A stretch of DNA of 64,000 nucleotides, taken from assembly GCA_038212275.1 (NCBI GenBank), contig JBBQUR010000020.1:1-64000 (forward strand), in the 5' to 3' direction. This DNA comes from Planctomycetota bacterium. GTDB taxonomy: Bacteria; Planctomycetota; B15-G4. Positions within the stretch are counted from its first letter, which is position 1. The number at the start of each line of letters is the position of its first letter. The notes beneath the pieces were generated by a model. It was not told the origin of the DNA, did not search any database, and saw nothing but the letters and a program-made list of their open reading frames with translations. Made by a program: the position numbers and the translations under genes. Shown in pieces: positions 29,110 through 38,863 of the stretch.

Positions 29110-29292
29110 CGCTGCGTCTCTCCAGCCTCGGTGCGCACGGCGCCCGTCCGGAGGCGGAGCCGCAGCCGCGTCTTGAAGAGACACAGCGGACGGCACGCGC
29201 TCCGGATCTGCCGACGATGAAGTAGCGGCACGCGACGCGTGGTTACACGTCGCGTCGCTCAGCCGGCCGTCGCGCTCAGCTGGCACGCGCGC

Positions 29293-29850
29293 TCAGTCGG
29301 TTGTCGCACTCAGCCGGCCCGCGCGCAGTTCCTGATCGAGGCGCATCAGCGCGCAGAGCGTCTTGCCGTCGGTGATCTCCCCGCGTGCGACGAGCTCCAG
29401 CGCCTCGGCGAACGGAAGGCGCACCAGCTCGATGAGTTCATCCTGCTCCAGCGCCTGCGGCACCGCTGAGAGCGCCGTCGCGGCGTAGAGCCAGATGCGC
29501 TCGTCGGTGAAGCCCGGCGTCGTGTGGATCACGCCCAACGGGGTCAGCACGCCGGGCAGCAGCCCCGCCTCTTCCTGCACCTCGCGCAGCGCGCACTGCT
29601 CGGGCGACTCGCCCGGATCGAGCTTTCCCGCCGGCGCCTCGAGGATGGTGCCACCCGCCGCGTAGCGATACTGCCGGATGAGCGTGAGGCTTCCATCTTC
29701 GTGCAGCGGCAGCACCGCGGCCGCGCCTGGATGCTCGATGAATTCCAGATCCACCTCCTGGCCGTCGGGAAGCCGCACGCGATCCACGTTCACCGTGAGG
29801 ATGCGTCCCCGGTACGCAACGCGGCGCGAGATGCGTTCGCTCATGCTCAT
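29293..29850 (-). CDS. nudF: NUDIX hydrolase, ADP-ribose pyrophosphatase type
   Basis: Nudix box AGKLDPGESPEQCALREVQEEAG; HPGAAAVLP, RQYRY, TPGFTDE, ITDGKT. Confidence 0.88.
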   Translation of the reverse strand: MSMSERISRRVAYRGRILTVNVDRVRLPDGQEVDLEFIEHPGAAAVLPLHEDGSLTLIRQYRYAAGGTILEAPAGKLDPGESPEQCALREVQEEAGLLPGVLTPLGVIHTTPGFTDERIWLYAATALSAVPQALEQDELIELVRLPFAEALELVARGEITDGKTLCALMRLDQELRAGRLSATTD

Positions 29851-29865
29851 CGTCGCCTCATCGCC

Positions 29866-29920
29866 GCCTCGTGGTCGCCTCGTGGTCGCCTCGTGGTCGC
29901 CTTGTGGTTGCCTTGTGGCC
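29866..29920. repeat. 11-bp tandem repeat gcct(c/t)gtggtc x5
   Basis: Three perfect and two degenerate copies between the TPR gene and nudF. Confidence 0.85.
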
Positions 29921-29940
29921 GCGCGCATGTCGCGGCTGTG

Positions 29941-31002
29941 TCAGCGGCCGGCCGGCGCCGGCGCTTCCGCAGAGACCGCCGGATCGGGCTCATGCGCCTT
30001 GGCGGCCCGCGCGAGTTCGGCCTCCGCGGCGATGCGACCGAAGGCGGCCCACATCTCCGCGCCGGCCACCTGCTTCAGGAGTTCCGTGCCGCGCTCGAGG
30101 TGGCCCTGCGCGAGCTGCCACTGCGCGATGCCGTAGCCCAGCGTCGCAAAGTCGACCGACGTTTCGCCCGTGGGTGCGAGGCCAGCGAGCACCTCGTCCG
30201 GGTCCTTCAGGCCGCGATAGACGAGCACCGCGTCGTGGTAGGCGTGGTAGTCCACGATGTCCATCTCGGGCGTGATGGACGCGATGGCCGCGGCTGCCTC
30301 GTCGGGGCGCCCGAGCTTCTGCAGCGTCAGCCAGGTCCAGTGCGCGACCATCGCGCGGCCGTCGCCGTTCTTCACGCAACGGCCCGTGGCCTCCCATTCG
30401 GCCAGCGCGGCTTCCCACTCGCCGCGCATGTAGTGCGCCAGGCCGAGGTGGTAATGGATGTTCTCGTGGAAGGTGTCGAGCACCACGCCCAGGCTGTTCG
30501 GGTTCGTCGGCGGCTCGTCCTCGTCCGGCTGGCCCTGCACGAGTTCGGCGGCGCGCGCGAGGTCCTCGACGGCCTTGTCGAACTGCCGCAGCGTGATGTA
30601 GCGGTGGCCGCGGAAGCGCAGCAGGTGCGCGTCCTCGGGATGCAGCTGCAGGCCCACGCTGAAGAGCGCGACGGCCTCCTTGTACTTGCCCATGGCGGCG
30701 AAGCGGCGCCCGAGCCAGGTGATGGACTCGGGGTCGTTCGGGCGCTCGCCGTAACGCTGCTGCGCCTTCTCGAGCGCCTGCTTGGCGCGCGCGAGCTCCG
30801 CGGCCGGCAGGGGCGGAATGTCCAGCGGCTCCCCGAGGAGCGACGTGGTCTGCGGCGTGGCGGCCGGTGCGGCCACCCTGGCGCCGGCCTGCGGATGCAC
30901 CTTGGCGGCGGCGTCCTGGGGTGCGGCCGGAGGCGCCATCAGGGCAAGACCCAGGCACACGCTCGCGCACCGAACTGCCGCCATCGCCGATCGTGCTGAC
31001 AT
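29941..31002 (-). CDS. Exported TPR-repeat protein
   Basis: TPR helices WLGRR..GKYKEAV, RFRGHRYITLRQFDKAVEDL, YHLGLAHY; TLGYGIA and WAAFGRIAAE. Confidence 0.8.
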   Translation of the reverse strand: MSARSAMAAVRCASVCLGLALMAPPAAPQDAAAKVHPQAGARVAAPAATPQTTSLLGEPLDIPPLPAAELARAKQALEKAQQRYGERPNDPESITWLGRRFAAMGKYKEAVALFSVGLQLHPEDAHLLRFRGHRYITLRQFDKAVEDLARAAELVQGQPDEDEPPTNPNSLGVVLDTFHENIHYHLGLAHYMRGEWEAALAEWEATGRCVKNGDGRAMVAHWTWLTLQKLGRPDEAAAAIASITPEMDIVDYHAYHDAVLVYRGLKDPDEVLAGLAPTGETSVDFATLGYGIAQWQLAQGHLERGTELLKQVAGAEMWAAFGRIAAEAELARAAKAHEPDPAVSAEAPAPAGR

Positions 31003-31210
31003 GGGACCTCTCCGACACCCGGTTCGCGGCCGTCGCCGCAGCACGCGCTGCGGGACCGGCGGATCGCCCGTGATGGTACAGCGCGAGCGCCGGGCACCGA
31101 TGGCAAAGTCACTCGCATCTGGACGAGCCCGCTGCGGTTCGGAGAATGAGCCGGGCATTCTGCGTGCCATGCGCGAGTCTGCCCCGCCGCCCGCCGGCCT
31201 GCCCGGCGGG

Positions 31211-31250
31211 CCACGCATCCACGCATCCACGCATCCACGCATCCACGCAT
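31211..31250. repeat. 8-bp simple sequence repeat ccacgcat x5
   Basis: Five perfect copies ending about 35 bp upstream of the sodC ATG. Confidence 0.92.
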
Positions 31251-31285
31251 CAAGGCTCCGCTTCCCATCCCGATCCGAGGTCGAC

Positions 31286-31909
31286 ATGAAGACGAGTTCA
31301 CTGTCCTGGTGCTGTCTGCTCCTGCTCGCGGCGTGCGCGTCGCACGATGACGGCTCGAAGGCGAAGGACGCGCAGTCCAAGGCCGCGATGAAAGCGCCCG
31401 TCGCGGCGACGACGACCGGCAGCACGGCCACTGCCCCGGACGGCACGATGCCGGCCAGTGCCCCGCGACGCGCGGTCGCCAAGCTCGTGGCGGCGTCCGA
31501 CTCGAACGTCACCGGGACGGTCACCTTCACGCAACAGGCCGGCGGCGTCGAGGTGCGCGCGCACGTCGAGCACCTCACGGCCGGCAAGCACGGCTTCCAC
31601 GTCCACGAGATGGGCGATTGCAGCGCGCACGACGGCGCCTCGGCGGGCGGCCACTTCAACCCTGACACCAAGCCGCACGGCGACCGCCTCGCCGCCGAGC
31701 GCCACGTCGGCGATCTCGGCAATCTCGTCGCCGACGGCTCCGGCGTCGCGGACGTCGTGTTCGTCGACACGGAGCTCGCGCTCTCCGGCCCGCATTCGAT
31801 CGTGAACCGCTCGATCATGGTGCACGCCGACCCCGACGATGGCACCACGCAGCCCACCGGCAACTCCGGCAAGCGCATCGCCTGCGGCGTCATCAATGCC
31901 GAGCCGTAG
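31286..31909 (+). CDS. sodC: Cu/Zn superoxide dismutase, lipoprotein
   Basis: Lipobox LAAC; HGFHVHE.GDC, SAGGHFNP, RHVGDLGN, MVHADPDD, GNSGKRIACGVI. Confidence 0.95.
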   Translation: MKTSSLSWCCLLLLAACASHDDGSKAKDAQSKAAMKAPVAATTTGSTATAPDGTMPASAPRRAVAKLVAASDSNVTGTVTFTQQAGGVEVRAHVEHLTAGKHGFHVHEMGDCSAHDGASAGGHFNPDTKPHGDRLAAERHVGDLGNLVADGSGVADVVFVDTELALSGPHSIVNRSIMVHADPDDGTTQPTGNSGKRIACGVINAEP

Positions 31910-31944
31910 ACGCAGGGGCTGAGGCGCCTTGCGCCGAGCCAGCC

Positions 31945-33867
31945 TCAGCCCAGCCCCTCGCCGGGTTTCCAGCCGCGCGTCCGTAGCGACTCCAGCAGCG
32001 CGAGGCACTCGTCGCGCTGGCTGTGCAGGAAGAGGCCGAGCAGGTCGCCGGGGCGGGCCCAGGCCAGCGCGTCGCGCACGGCGTCCAGTTCCGACGGCGC
32101 GCGACTCACGCTCTCGGCGGGCGCGCCGAGGCGCGCGAGTTCCGCCTCGATGACGGCGGGTACTTCGCCCAGGGCGCGGCCGCGCAGATCCTGCACCTGC
32201 TCCTTGACGATGACGCGGTCGGGACGCGCGCGCCACGCGATGCCGACCAGCGCGCGGATCGCGTCGTCGCTGCGGTCGCCGGCCTGACCGAGGATGAGCA
32301 GGCGGCGCTGCGCCGGCAACGCGCCGAAGGTCTGCACGAGCGCGGTCATCGCGTGCACGTTGTGCGCGAAGTCCGCCAGCACCGTGACGCCGTTCAGTTC
32401 GAAGCGATTGCCTCGTCCGGGGTTTGCCTCGCTGTCCGGCACGAAGCCGCGCAGGCCGCGCGCCATCGCGTCGACCGGCAGGTCGAGCGCGTCGGCCGCG
32501 AGGATCGCGGCCAGCGCATTGGCGAGGTTGTGCCGCGCCGCCCCGCCGAAGGCGACGGGCAGCTCCGCCGCGGCGACGATCTCGTCGCGCCGCGCGCCCC
32601 GTCGCAGGACGAGCATCCCGCCCTCCAGCAACGCGGCGCTGCCGCCGCGCGCGATGTGCGCCGCGACCTCCGGCTGATCGGCGCGCAGCGTGAACCACGC
32701 CAGCGCACCGTCGTGCTGCGCGGCGCGGGCGACGAGGCCCGCGTCGTCGGCATTGAGAATGAGCGGCGCGTGTCCCGTGCGGCCGCCGCGCTCCACGAGC
32801 CGGCCGACCACGGCCTTCGTGTCGATCATGCCGGCCAGGTCCAGCACGCCCCACTGCCCGAGGTGATCCTCCGCGACATTGGTGATGATGGCGGCGTCGG
32901 CGCGCGTGAGCGGCAGGCCGCGACGCAGGATGCCGCCGCGCGCGGTCTCGCAGATCGCGAGCTGCACGCGCGTGTCGCGCAGCAGCGTGCGCGCGCCGTC
33001 GGGGCCGGCACAGTCGCCGCGCTCCACGATGTCGGAGCCCACGCGGATCCAGTCGGTGGACGTGAGGCCGGTGACCTTGCCGGCAGCGAGACCGATCGCG
33101 TGCAGCAGGCGCACCGTCGTAGACTTGCCGTTCGTGCCGGTGACGAAGACCACGGGGATGTCGTGCAGTGCGTCCCACGTCACGTCGGCGGGCGCGGGCA
33201 GCTCGGTCGTGTCGAAGACGCGGCTGCCGGTGCCGGTGCCGATCGATGTGCGCCGGTCGTCGCAGAGCAGCGCAATGCCGCGGCGGTGCGCCTCGCGCTG
33301 CAGCTCATCGAGGTGTGCGCGGCGACGCAACTCCTTGCGGTGCGAGGCGCGCAGCGCGTCGATCGAGGCGCCCATGTCGAAGGGCGCTCCGCGAACATCG
33401 GCCATCGCGGCGCGCACGGCGTGCTCGCACACCTCGGTCGCGGTCCACAGGCCGCTCTGCGGCGCTGAGACGGCCAGCGTCGCGCCGCGCAGCGGCCCCC
33501 CGCTCTGGTTGCGGCCGGCGAAGCGGCGCACGAAGACGCCCTCGCCCTCCCACGACAGCGCGTCGAGCAAGGTTCGGGCACAGGCCCTCCACGACGCGAT
33601 GACCTGCCCGAGCATCATGTCGAGCGCTGCAAGCGAGGCGGCGTCGGGCACGCTGATCGAGGGTGGTGCCACCGGGTCGCGCCAGCCGGGCGGCGCGGGG
33701 AGGACGTGGTCGCCGCCGGGCTGCGCGGAACGGTCTTCGCCCCAGACCAGTTCGAGCGCGCCGCCGGGGCCGTCGTGCAGCAGATTGGGGCCGATCTGTC
33801 GACGGCTGTCGAAGACGTGCAGCGTGATCGTGCGCGTGTCGCCGTCCATCGGGGAGTCTTCGGTCAT
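31945..33867 (-). CDS. Cyanophycin synthetase-like Mur-ligase protein lacking the ATP-grasp domain
   Basis: CphA-like N-terminus (DSRRQIGPNL); M domain VTGTNGKSTT, ETARGGILRRGL, TNVAEDHLG, NPGRGN, DFAHN, AGDRSD; no VVKP/G-domain block. Confidence 0.8.
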   Translation of the reverse strand: MTEDSPMDGDTRTITLHVFDSRRQIGPNLLHDGPGGALELVWGEDRSAQPGGDHVLPAPPGWRDPVAPPSISVPDAASLAALDMMLGQVIASWRACARTLLDALSWEGEGVFVRRFAGRNQSGGPLRGATLAVSAPQSGLWTATEVCEHAVRAAMADVRGAPFDMGASIDALRASHRKELRRRAHLDELQREAHRRGIALLCDDRRTSIGTGTGSRVFDTTELPAPADVTWDALHDIPVVFVTGTNGKSTTVRLLHAIGLAAGKVTGLTSTDWIRVGSDIVERGDCAGPDGARTLLRDTRVQLAICETARGGILRRGLPLTRADAAIITNVAEDHLGQWGVLDLAGMIDTKAVVGRLVERGGRTGHAPLILNADDAGLVARAAQHDGALAWFTLRADQPEVAAHIARGGSAALLEGGMLVLRRGARRDEIVAAAELPVAFGGAARHNLANALAAILAADALDLPVDAMARGLRGFVPDSEANPGRGNRFELNGVTVLADFAHNVHAMTALVQTFGALPAQRRLLILGQAGDRSDDAIRALVGIAWRARPDRVIVKEQVQDLRGRALGEVPAVIEAELARLGAPAESVSRAPSELDAVRDALAWARPGDLLGLFLHSQRDECLALLESLRTRGWKPGEGLG

Positions 33868-33896
33868 GGCGTGCGCGTCATCACGGTCTTGGGGCG

Positions 33897-33924
33897 TCGG
33901 GCTTCGGGCTTCGGGCTTCGGGCT
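33897..33924. repeat. 7-bp tandem repeat tcgggct x4
   Basis: Located in the cphA / cphA-like intergenic gap. Confidence 0.85.
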
Positions 33925-33948
33925 GCTGGCTCCGGGGCCGCGCGCCGC

Positions 33949-36750
33949 TCAGTCGTCGGCTTCGCGGGCGAGGCGCACGCCGCGTTCGTCGCGCACCAGC
34001 GTCTCGGTGCCCAGCGAGTGCGCGAGCGACGGCTGGTCTTCCAGCACGACGTGCGGCGGCGCGGCGCGTTCCTCGGCGGCTTCCGCGGCAGGCACGCTGT
34101 CAGCCTGGAAGCCGCTGATCTGGCGCCAGCAGCGCGCGGGCTTGTCGCCGAAAATCAGCAGCAGGTCGTCCTTGCGGCCCATGGCCAGCGCGGCGGTGAT
34201 GGCCTCCTGCTCGTCGGGAATCACGGCGATGCGCGCGGCCGGCACGCCCTGCGCGAGCAGCGTGTCGCGCAACATCTTCGGCACCTCTTCGGCGCCTCGC
34301 CCGCGCAGGTTGTCGTCGCGGCGCAGGATGTAGTGGTCGAACTTTCCCGCGCAGAGCGAGGCGATGGCGCGGATGTCCTCGTCACGCCGGTCGCCGGGCG
34401 CCGCGAGCACCAGCAGCTTGCGGCCCTTGGGCTCCATGCGCTGCACGAGGCTCACCATCGCCTGCACCGCCGCGGCGTTGTGGCCGTAGTCGAGGATCAC
34501 CTTGAAGGGGTGGCCGTCGAAGATGTTCATGCGGCCCGGCGCCTGGAAGTACGTCGTGTCGAAGGTGCGCAGGCCGTGGCGGATGTCCTCCAGCTTGCGG
34601 TTCATGGAGAAGGCCATCGCCGCCGCAAACATCGCGTTCTGCACGTTGTGCAGCGCCTTGCCCTCCACCGTCGCCGGGATGAGGTGCGTCCACAGCAGCG
34701 GGATGTGCGCGCCCTTGTCGTAGAGCGTGATCATGTGGCCGTTCATGCCGGCCTCCAGCACCACCGCGCGGCCACCGCTGCGGATGTGCTCCTTCACCAG
34801 CGCGTGGGCCGGGTTCATCGTGACGTAGCAGACGTGCTTCGCCTCGGTGTAGTCGGCCATCTTGAGGCACAGGTCGTCGTCGGCGTTGAGCACCGCGGTG
34901 TCCGTCGCGACCTCGACGATGATGCGCTTGACCTCGGCAAGGTCCTCCAGCGTGTGGATGCCCTTGAGCCCAAGGTGATCGGACTGCACGTTGAGCACGG
35001 CGCCGACGTCGTGCCTGGTGTAGCCGAGGCCCGAGCGCAGCAGCCCGCCGCGCGCCGCCTCCAGCACGGCCGCATCCACCGACGGATCGCGCAGCACCAT
35101 CCGCGCGGCCATCGGGCCCGTCATGTCGCCCTCCACCGTGAGGTGGCCGTCGATGTAGACGCCATCCGTGGTGGCGAGGCCGACGTGAAAGCCGGCCAGC
35201 TTGAAGATGTGCGCCAGCATGCGCGACGTGGTGGTCTTGCCGTTGGTGCCCGTGATGGCGGCGATGGGAATGCGGCTCGGGCTGCCGGGCGGAAAGAGCA
35301 TGTCCATCACCGGGCCTGCCGCGTCGCGCGGCGTGCCTTCGGACGGCGCCACGTGCATGCGGAAGCCCGGCGCGGCATTCACTTCGCAGATCCCGCCGCG
35401 CGTCACCTTGTAGGACTGCGCGATGTCGGAGCAGAGGAAGTCGATGCCCGCGACGTCGAGGCCGATGGCCTTCGCGGCGCGCACGGCCATCTCGCGGTTG
35501 TCGGGGTGCACCTGGTCCGTGACATCCACCGCCGTGCCGCCCGTGCTCAGGTTCCCGGTGCTGCGCAGGTACACGACCTCGCCGGCCGGCGGCACGGTGT
35601 CGTGGCCGAAGCCTTTCTTGGCCAGCAGGCGCTCGGCCTGGTGGTCGAACTCCAGGCGCGTGAGCACCTTCTCGTGGCCGATGCCGCGGCGCGGATCCGC
35701 GTTGGTGATGTCCACGAGCTGCGCGATCGTGTGCTCGCCGTCACCCACGACGTGCCCGGGCACGCGCTTGGCCACCGCGATGAGCTCGCCGTTCACGACG
35801 AGCATGCGGTGATCGAAGCCGGTGATGAAGCTCTCCACGATGACGGTGCGGCTGTGTTCCTGCGCCTGTGCGAAGGCCGTGGCGATCGCGTCGTCCTCGG
35901 AGAGGTGGATGGAAACGCCGCGGCCGTGGTTCGCATCGAGCGGCTTGACCACCACCGGGTGCCCGATGCGCCGCGCCGCGCGCACCGCCTCGCCCGCACT
36001 GCGCACCGGAATCTGCCGCGGCACGGGCAGCCCGAGGTCCGAGAGAATGCGGTTGGTCTCCTCCTTGTCGGAAGCGATCGCGACGGCGATGTGCCGCGTC
36101 TCGCTGGTGACCGTCGCCTGGATGCGCTTCTGCAGCTTGCCGTGCCCGAACTGCACGAGGCTGTAGTTGTTGAGGCGCAGGTACGGGATGCCGCGATCCC
36201 CGGCCGCCTTCACGAGCGACGCCGTGCTGGGCCCCAGCGCGCGCTTCTGCGCGAAACGGATGAAACCGTCGCGCGCCTCCGCGAAGTCGAAGGGCTCGCG
36301 TTCGGCGGCGACCTCCTTCGGCTGCAGTGCTGCCGGCAGCAGGTGATGCAGCACGGACAATGCCAGCTCGCCCGCAGCGACGCCGATGTCCTCCTGCTCG
36401 TACTCGTAGACGACGTCGTAGACACCGTGGTCGCCGGAGCCGCGCGTCTTGCCGAAGGTCACGTGCGCGCCGGCCTCGTTCTGCAGCTCGATGGCGACGT
36501 GCTCGAGCACATGTCCCAGCCACGTGCCCTCGTTCTCGTGCAGCCGGCGCACGAAGCCGCCGGCCTCGCCGAAGCTGCAGCCGTGCTCGGCAAGTCCGGG
36601 CAGCAACGCGAGCAGCGACTCGGTGAACGGCCGCCCGAGCCGCGACGTGGGCCACGCTTCCAGCTCGCCGAGATCGACGCGCAGGCGCATCACCGGGAAG
36701 TGCGCATAGAGACTCGGGCCGATGTACACCGACGATTCGACGATCTTCAC
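33949..36750 (-). CDS. cphA: Cyanophycin synthetase (CphA1)
   Basis: N domain HGCS...GHVLEHVAIELQ; LGPSTASLV; ATP-grasp PVVVKPLDANHGRGV and EVNAAPGFRMH; Mur ITGTNGKTTT, APGRMN, DYGHN. Confidence 0.96.
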   Translation of the reverse strand: MKIVESSVYIGPSLYAHFPVMRLRVDLGELEAWPTSRLGRPFTESLLALLPGLAEHGCSFGEAGGFVRRLHENEGTWLGHVLEHVAIELQNEAGAHVTFGKTRGSGDHGVYDVVYEYEQEDIGVAAGELALSVLHHLLPAALQPKEVAAEREPFDFAEARDGFIRFAQKRALGPSTASLVKAAGDRGIPYLRLNNYSLVQFGHGKLQKRIQATVTSETRHIAVAIASDKEETNRILSDLGLPVPRQIPVRSAGEAVRAARRIGHPVVVKPLDANHGRGVSIHLSEDDAIATAFAQAQEHSRTVIVESFITGFDHRMLVVNGELIAVAKRVPGHVVGDGEHTIAQLVDITNADPRRGIGHEKVLTRLEFDHQAERLLAKKGFGHDTVPPAGEVVYLRSTGNLSTGGTAVDVTDQVHPDNREMAVRAAKAIGLDVAGIDFLCSDIAQSYKVTRGGICEVNAAPGFRMHVAPSEGTPRDAAGPVMDMLFPPGSPSRIPIAAITGTNGKTTTSRMLAHIFKLAGFHVGLATTDGVYIDGHLTVEGDMTGPMAARMVLRDPSVDAAVLEAARGGLLRSGLGYTRHDVGAVLNVQSDHLGLKGIHTLEDLAEVKRIIVEVATDTAVLNADDDLCLKMADYTEAKHVCYVTMNPAHALVKEHIRSGGRAVVLEAGMNGHMITLYDKGAHIPLLWTHLIPATVEGKALHNVQNAMFAAAMAFSMNRKLEDIRHGLRTFDTTYFQAPGRMNIFDGHPFKVILDYGHNAAAVQAMVSLVQRMEPKGRKLLVLAAPGDRRDEDIRAIASLCAGKFDHYILRRDDNLRGRGAEEVPKMLRDTLLAQGVPAARIAVIPDEQEAITAALAMGRKDDLLLIFGDKPARCWRQISGFQADSVPAAEAAEERAAPPHVVLEDQPSLAHSLGTETLVRDERGVRLAREADD

Positions 36751-36858
36751 GGGAGCGCGCACCTCGCACGGGGGCCGCGGGCCATGCCGGCCCGCCCGAA
36801 GGGGAGGCACAGAATCCGGCCGGCGGGCCGCGCCGTCAAATCCGCTGCCGCCCCGCGC

Positions 36859-38172
36859 TCACCCGCCGAGCCAGGTTTCGATGGCGCCGCGTTCGGCGGG
36901 CAGCAGGTAGGTGGCGGACTGCGTGTCGGCGAGGAGCTGCCTGCCCCAGCGCTTGCTGAACTCGTCGGGCGGCCCGGCCTCCATGCAGGCCTTGACCGCG
37001 ACCGCCAGGCCGCGCGCGCCGAGCGATTCGCGCAGGTGCGCGACGACGGCGCCGGTCGCGCTGCTGTCGCGACCGAGCAGCGCCACGCGCACGCAGCACC
37101 GGCCGACCTCCTCGCGCACGTCCGCCGTCGCGCCGACCTCCGCAAGCGACTCCAGCCGATCTTTCAGATAGGCCGGGAGTTTCGGGCCGATGAGCAGGCG
37201 CGCCGCGCCGAAATTTCCGTCGCCGCAGAGCAGGTCGAAACCGCCGTCGCGCGCGAGCGCGAAGGCCAACCTGCCGGCCGGGTCGAATTCCATGTGGCGT
37301 CGCACCTGCAGCGCGAAGGTGCCGGGCTGCCCCAACAACGCGCACAGCAACTGGATGTCCTTGAAGATGAACATGTCCTTGGAGTGCTGGTCGCCGTCGG
37401 AAATGGAGCGCTCCAACTCGGCCTGCAGAGCGGCGCGCGTGCCGTCGGGATCGACGGCAAGCAGGTCCGACCACATGTGCCCGAGATAGACGCTCCGTAC
37501 ACCGAGGAACACGTGCGAACCGCGCGTGGCGTCCCAGACCTGGCGCGCACCGACCAATGCACGCTCGTGCTCGCGCAACGACGAGAACAGCGAGACCACG
37601 GCAAGGCATCGGGCGATGGCCTCGGCATCGTGTTTCCCCTGGGCGGAGAACGAGTCGAGGTTTCCGTCGCCCAGTTCCGCCATGGCCACGAACCCCGCCG
37701 CCTTGCCCAGCATCCCACCCACGCTGCCGCGCGGCAGCTCCGCCGGATCAAACAGCTCCACGCCATCCAGCTCGCCGCTCACGACGCCAGCCACCCAGAG
37801 GAAGACGCTGCCGTCCCATGCCTCGTTCCAGTAGAGCGCGAGCGGCTTGCGGCCTCTCCACGCGATGAGCGCCGGCGTGAAGGCGTCCGGCGCAAGGCCC
37901 GCGGGCGACGGTATCGCCACGCAGAGCGCGTTGCCGTCGATGAGCCGGCGCACGTCGGGCGCACACAGCGCCGCTTCCAGCTCCGCGTGGCGCGAGAGAA
38001 TCGCGATGACCAGCGGCCCCTCCTCCGACGGTGCGCCCGGACCGAAGGCCGGGGCGACGGCGTGGTCCGCAGGCAGGTCGAGGACAAGATCACAGGCGTG
38101 CTGGGCGCGGGCAGCGGGGACCGCGCCGACGATCGCCCCCACGAGCAGGATCGCGAGACAACGTGCACGCAT
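36859..38172 (-). CDS. Exported hypothetical protein
   Basis: Signal peptide ending ARA-Q; long ORF filling the gap; no recognisable motif. Confidence 0.55.
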   Translation of the reverse strand: MRARCLAILLVGAIVGAVPAARAQHACDLVLDLPADHAVAPAFGPGAPSEEGPLVIAILSRHAELEAALCAPDVRRLIDGNALCVAIPSPAGLAPDAFTPALIAWRGRKPLALYWNEAWDGSVFLWVAGVVSGELDGVELFDPAELPRGSVGGMLGKAAGFVAMAELGDGNLDSFSAQGKHDAEAIARCLAVVSLFSSLREHERALVGARQVWDATRGSHVFLGVRSVYLGHMWSDLLAVDPDGTRAALQAELERSISDGDQHSKDMFIFKDIQLLCALLGQPGTFALQVRRHMEFDPAGRLAFALARDGGFDLLCGDGNFGAARLLIGPKLPAYLKDRLESLAEVGATADVREEVGRCCVRVALLGRDSSATGAVVAHLRESLGARGLAVAVKACMEAGPPDEFSKRWGRQLLADTQSATYLLPAERGAIETWLGG

Positions 38173-38208
38173 GGGCAGCCCCCCGGTGAGTGCGGGCATC
38201 CTATCCTG

Positions 38209-38748
38209 CTACCCGAGGGGGTGCCGCAGCACTTCGCCGGTGAGCGTGTCGTCACCTATGGTGAGGTAGAGGTGGCCGCCGGTGACGGAAAGCGTGAAGG
38301 CCATGCGGCGCTTGAGGCGCGCCACGACGCCCGCGATGAGCGTGCGGTCGAGGCTGAGCAGCTCCACGGCCTCCGCGCGGTGGATCTTCTCGCCCTGCCA
38401 CTGACGCACGAGCACGGCCGGGTCCTTGTGCGTGTAGATGACGACGCGCGGCGCGGCCTTGCTGGCCTTGTGCACGCGGCGCGCGTCCGGCGCGCCCACT
38501 TCGATCCACGCACGCAGCTGCCCGGTCAGGTCGCGCACGGTCAGCGCGGGGTCGTCGGGCTCGGAGAGTCCCTTGCCGAAGGCCAGTCCTTCCGTGAATT
38601 CCAGGCAATACGCCAGCACACGCGCGACGAGGAACTCCTCGGACTCCGACGGATGGCACGCGACGCGCAGCGCCAGCGCCTCGTAGACGCCGCGATCGGC
38701 ATCCGCGAGCTCGATGTCGAAGTTGAAGATGGTGGACGGATTGGCCAC
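38209..38748 (-). CDS. yaeQ: YaeQ family protein
   Basis: DRGVYE.L.LRVACHPSESEE, F.KGLSEPDDP, WIEVGAPD.RR.HKASK. Confidence 0.92.
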   Translation of the reverse strand: MANPSTIFNFDIELADADRGVYEALALRVACHPSESEEFLVARVLAYCLEFTEGLAFGKGLSEPDDPALTVRDLTGQLRAWIEVGAPDARRVHKASKAAPRVVIYTHKDPAVLVRQWQGEKIHRAEAVELLSLDRTLIAGVVARLKRRMAFTLSVTGGHLYLTIGDDTLTGEVLRHPLG

Positions 38749-38863
38749 GTACAGGACCGGAGAGTGCGGAGCGCGCCGCGATGCGCCGCGTCGCGGCGCC
38801 GACGGTTGTAACACCGCACCGGCCGGTTCGCGGCTGGTTCGCGGCCGTCGCGCGGGCCGCGCG

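Noticed and set aside
31003..31896. Long N-terminal part of the 651-aa ORF 29941-31896
   Set aside because: It is antisense to sodC; the TPR gene starts near 31002.
33706..38811. 1701-aa plus-strand ORF
   Set aside because: It is the antisense shadow of cphA, the hypothetical gene and yaeQ; stop-poor frames are expected at this GC content.
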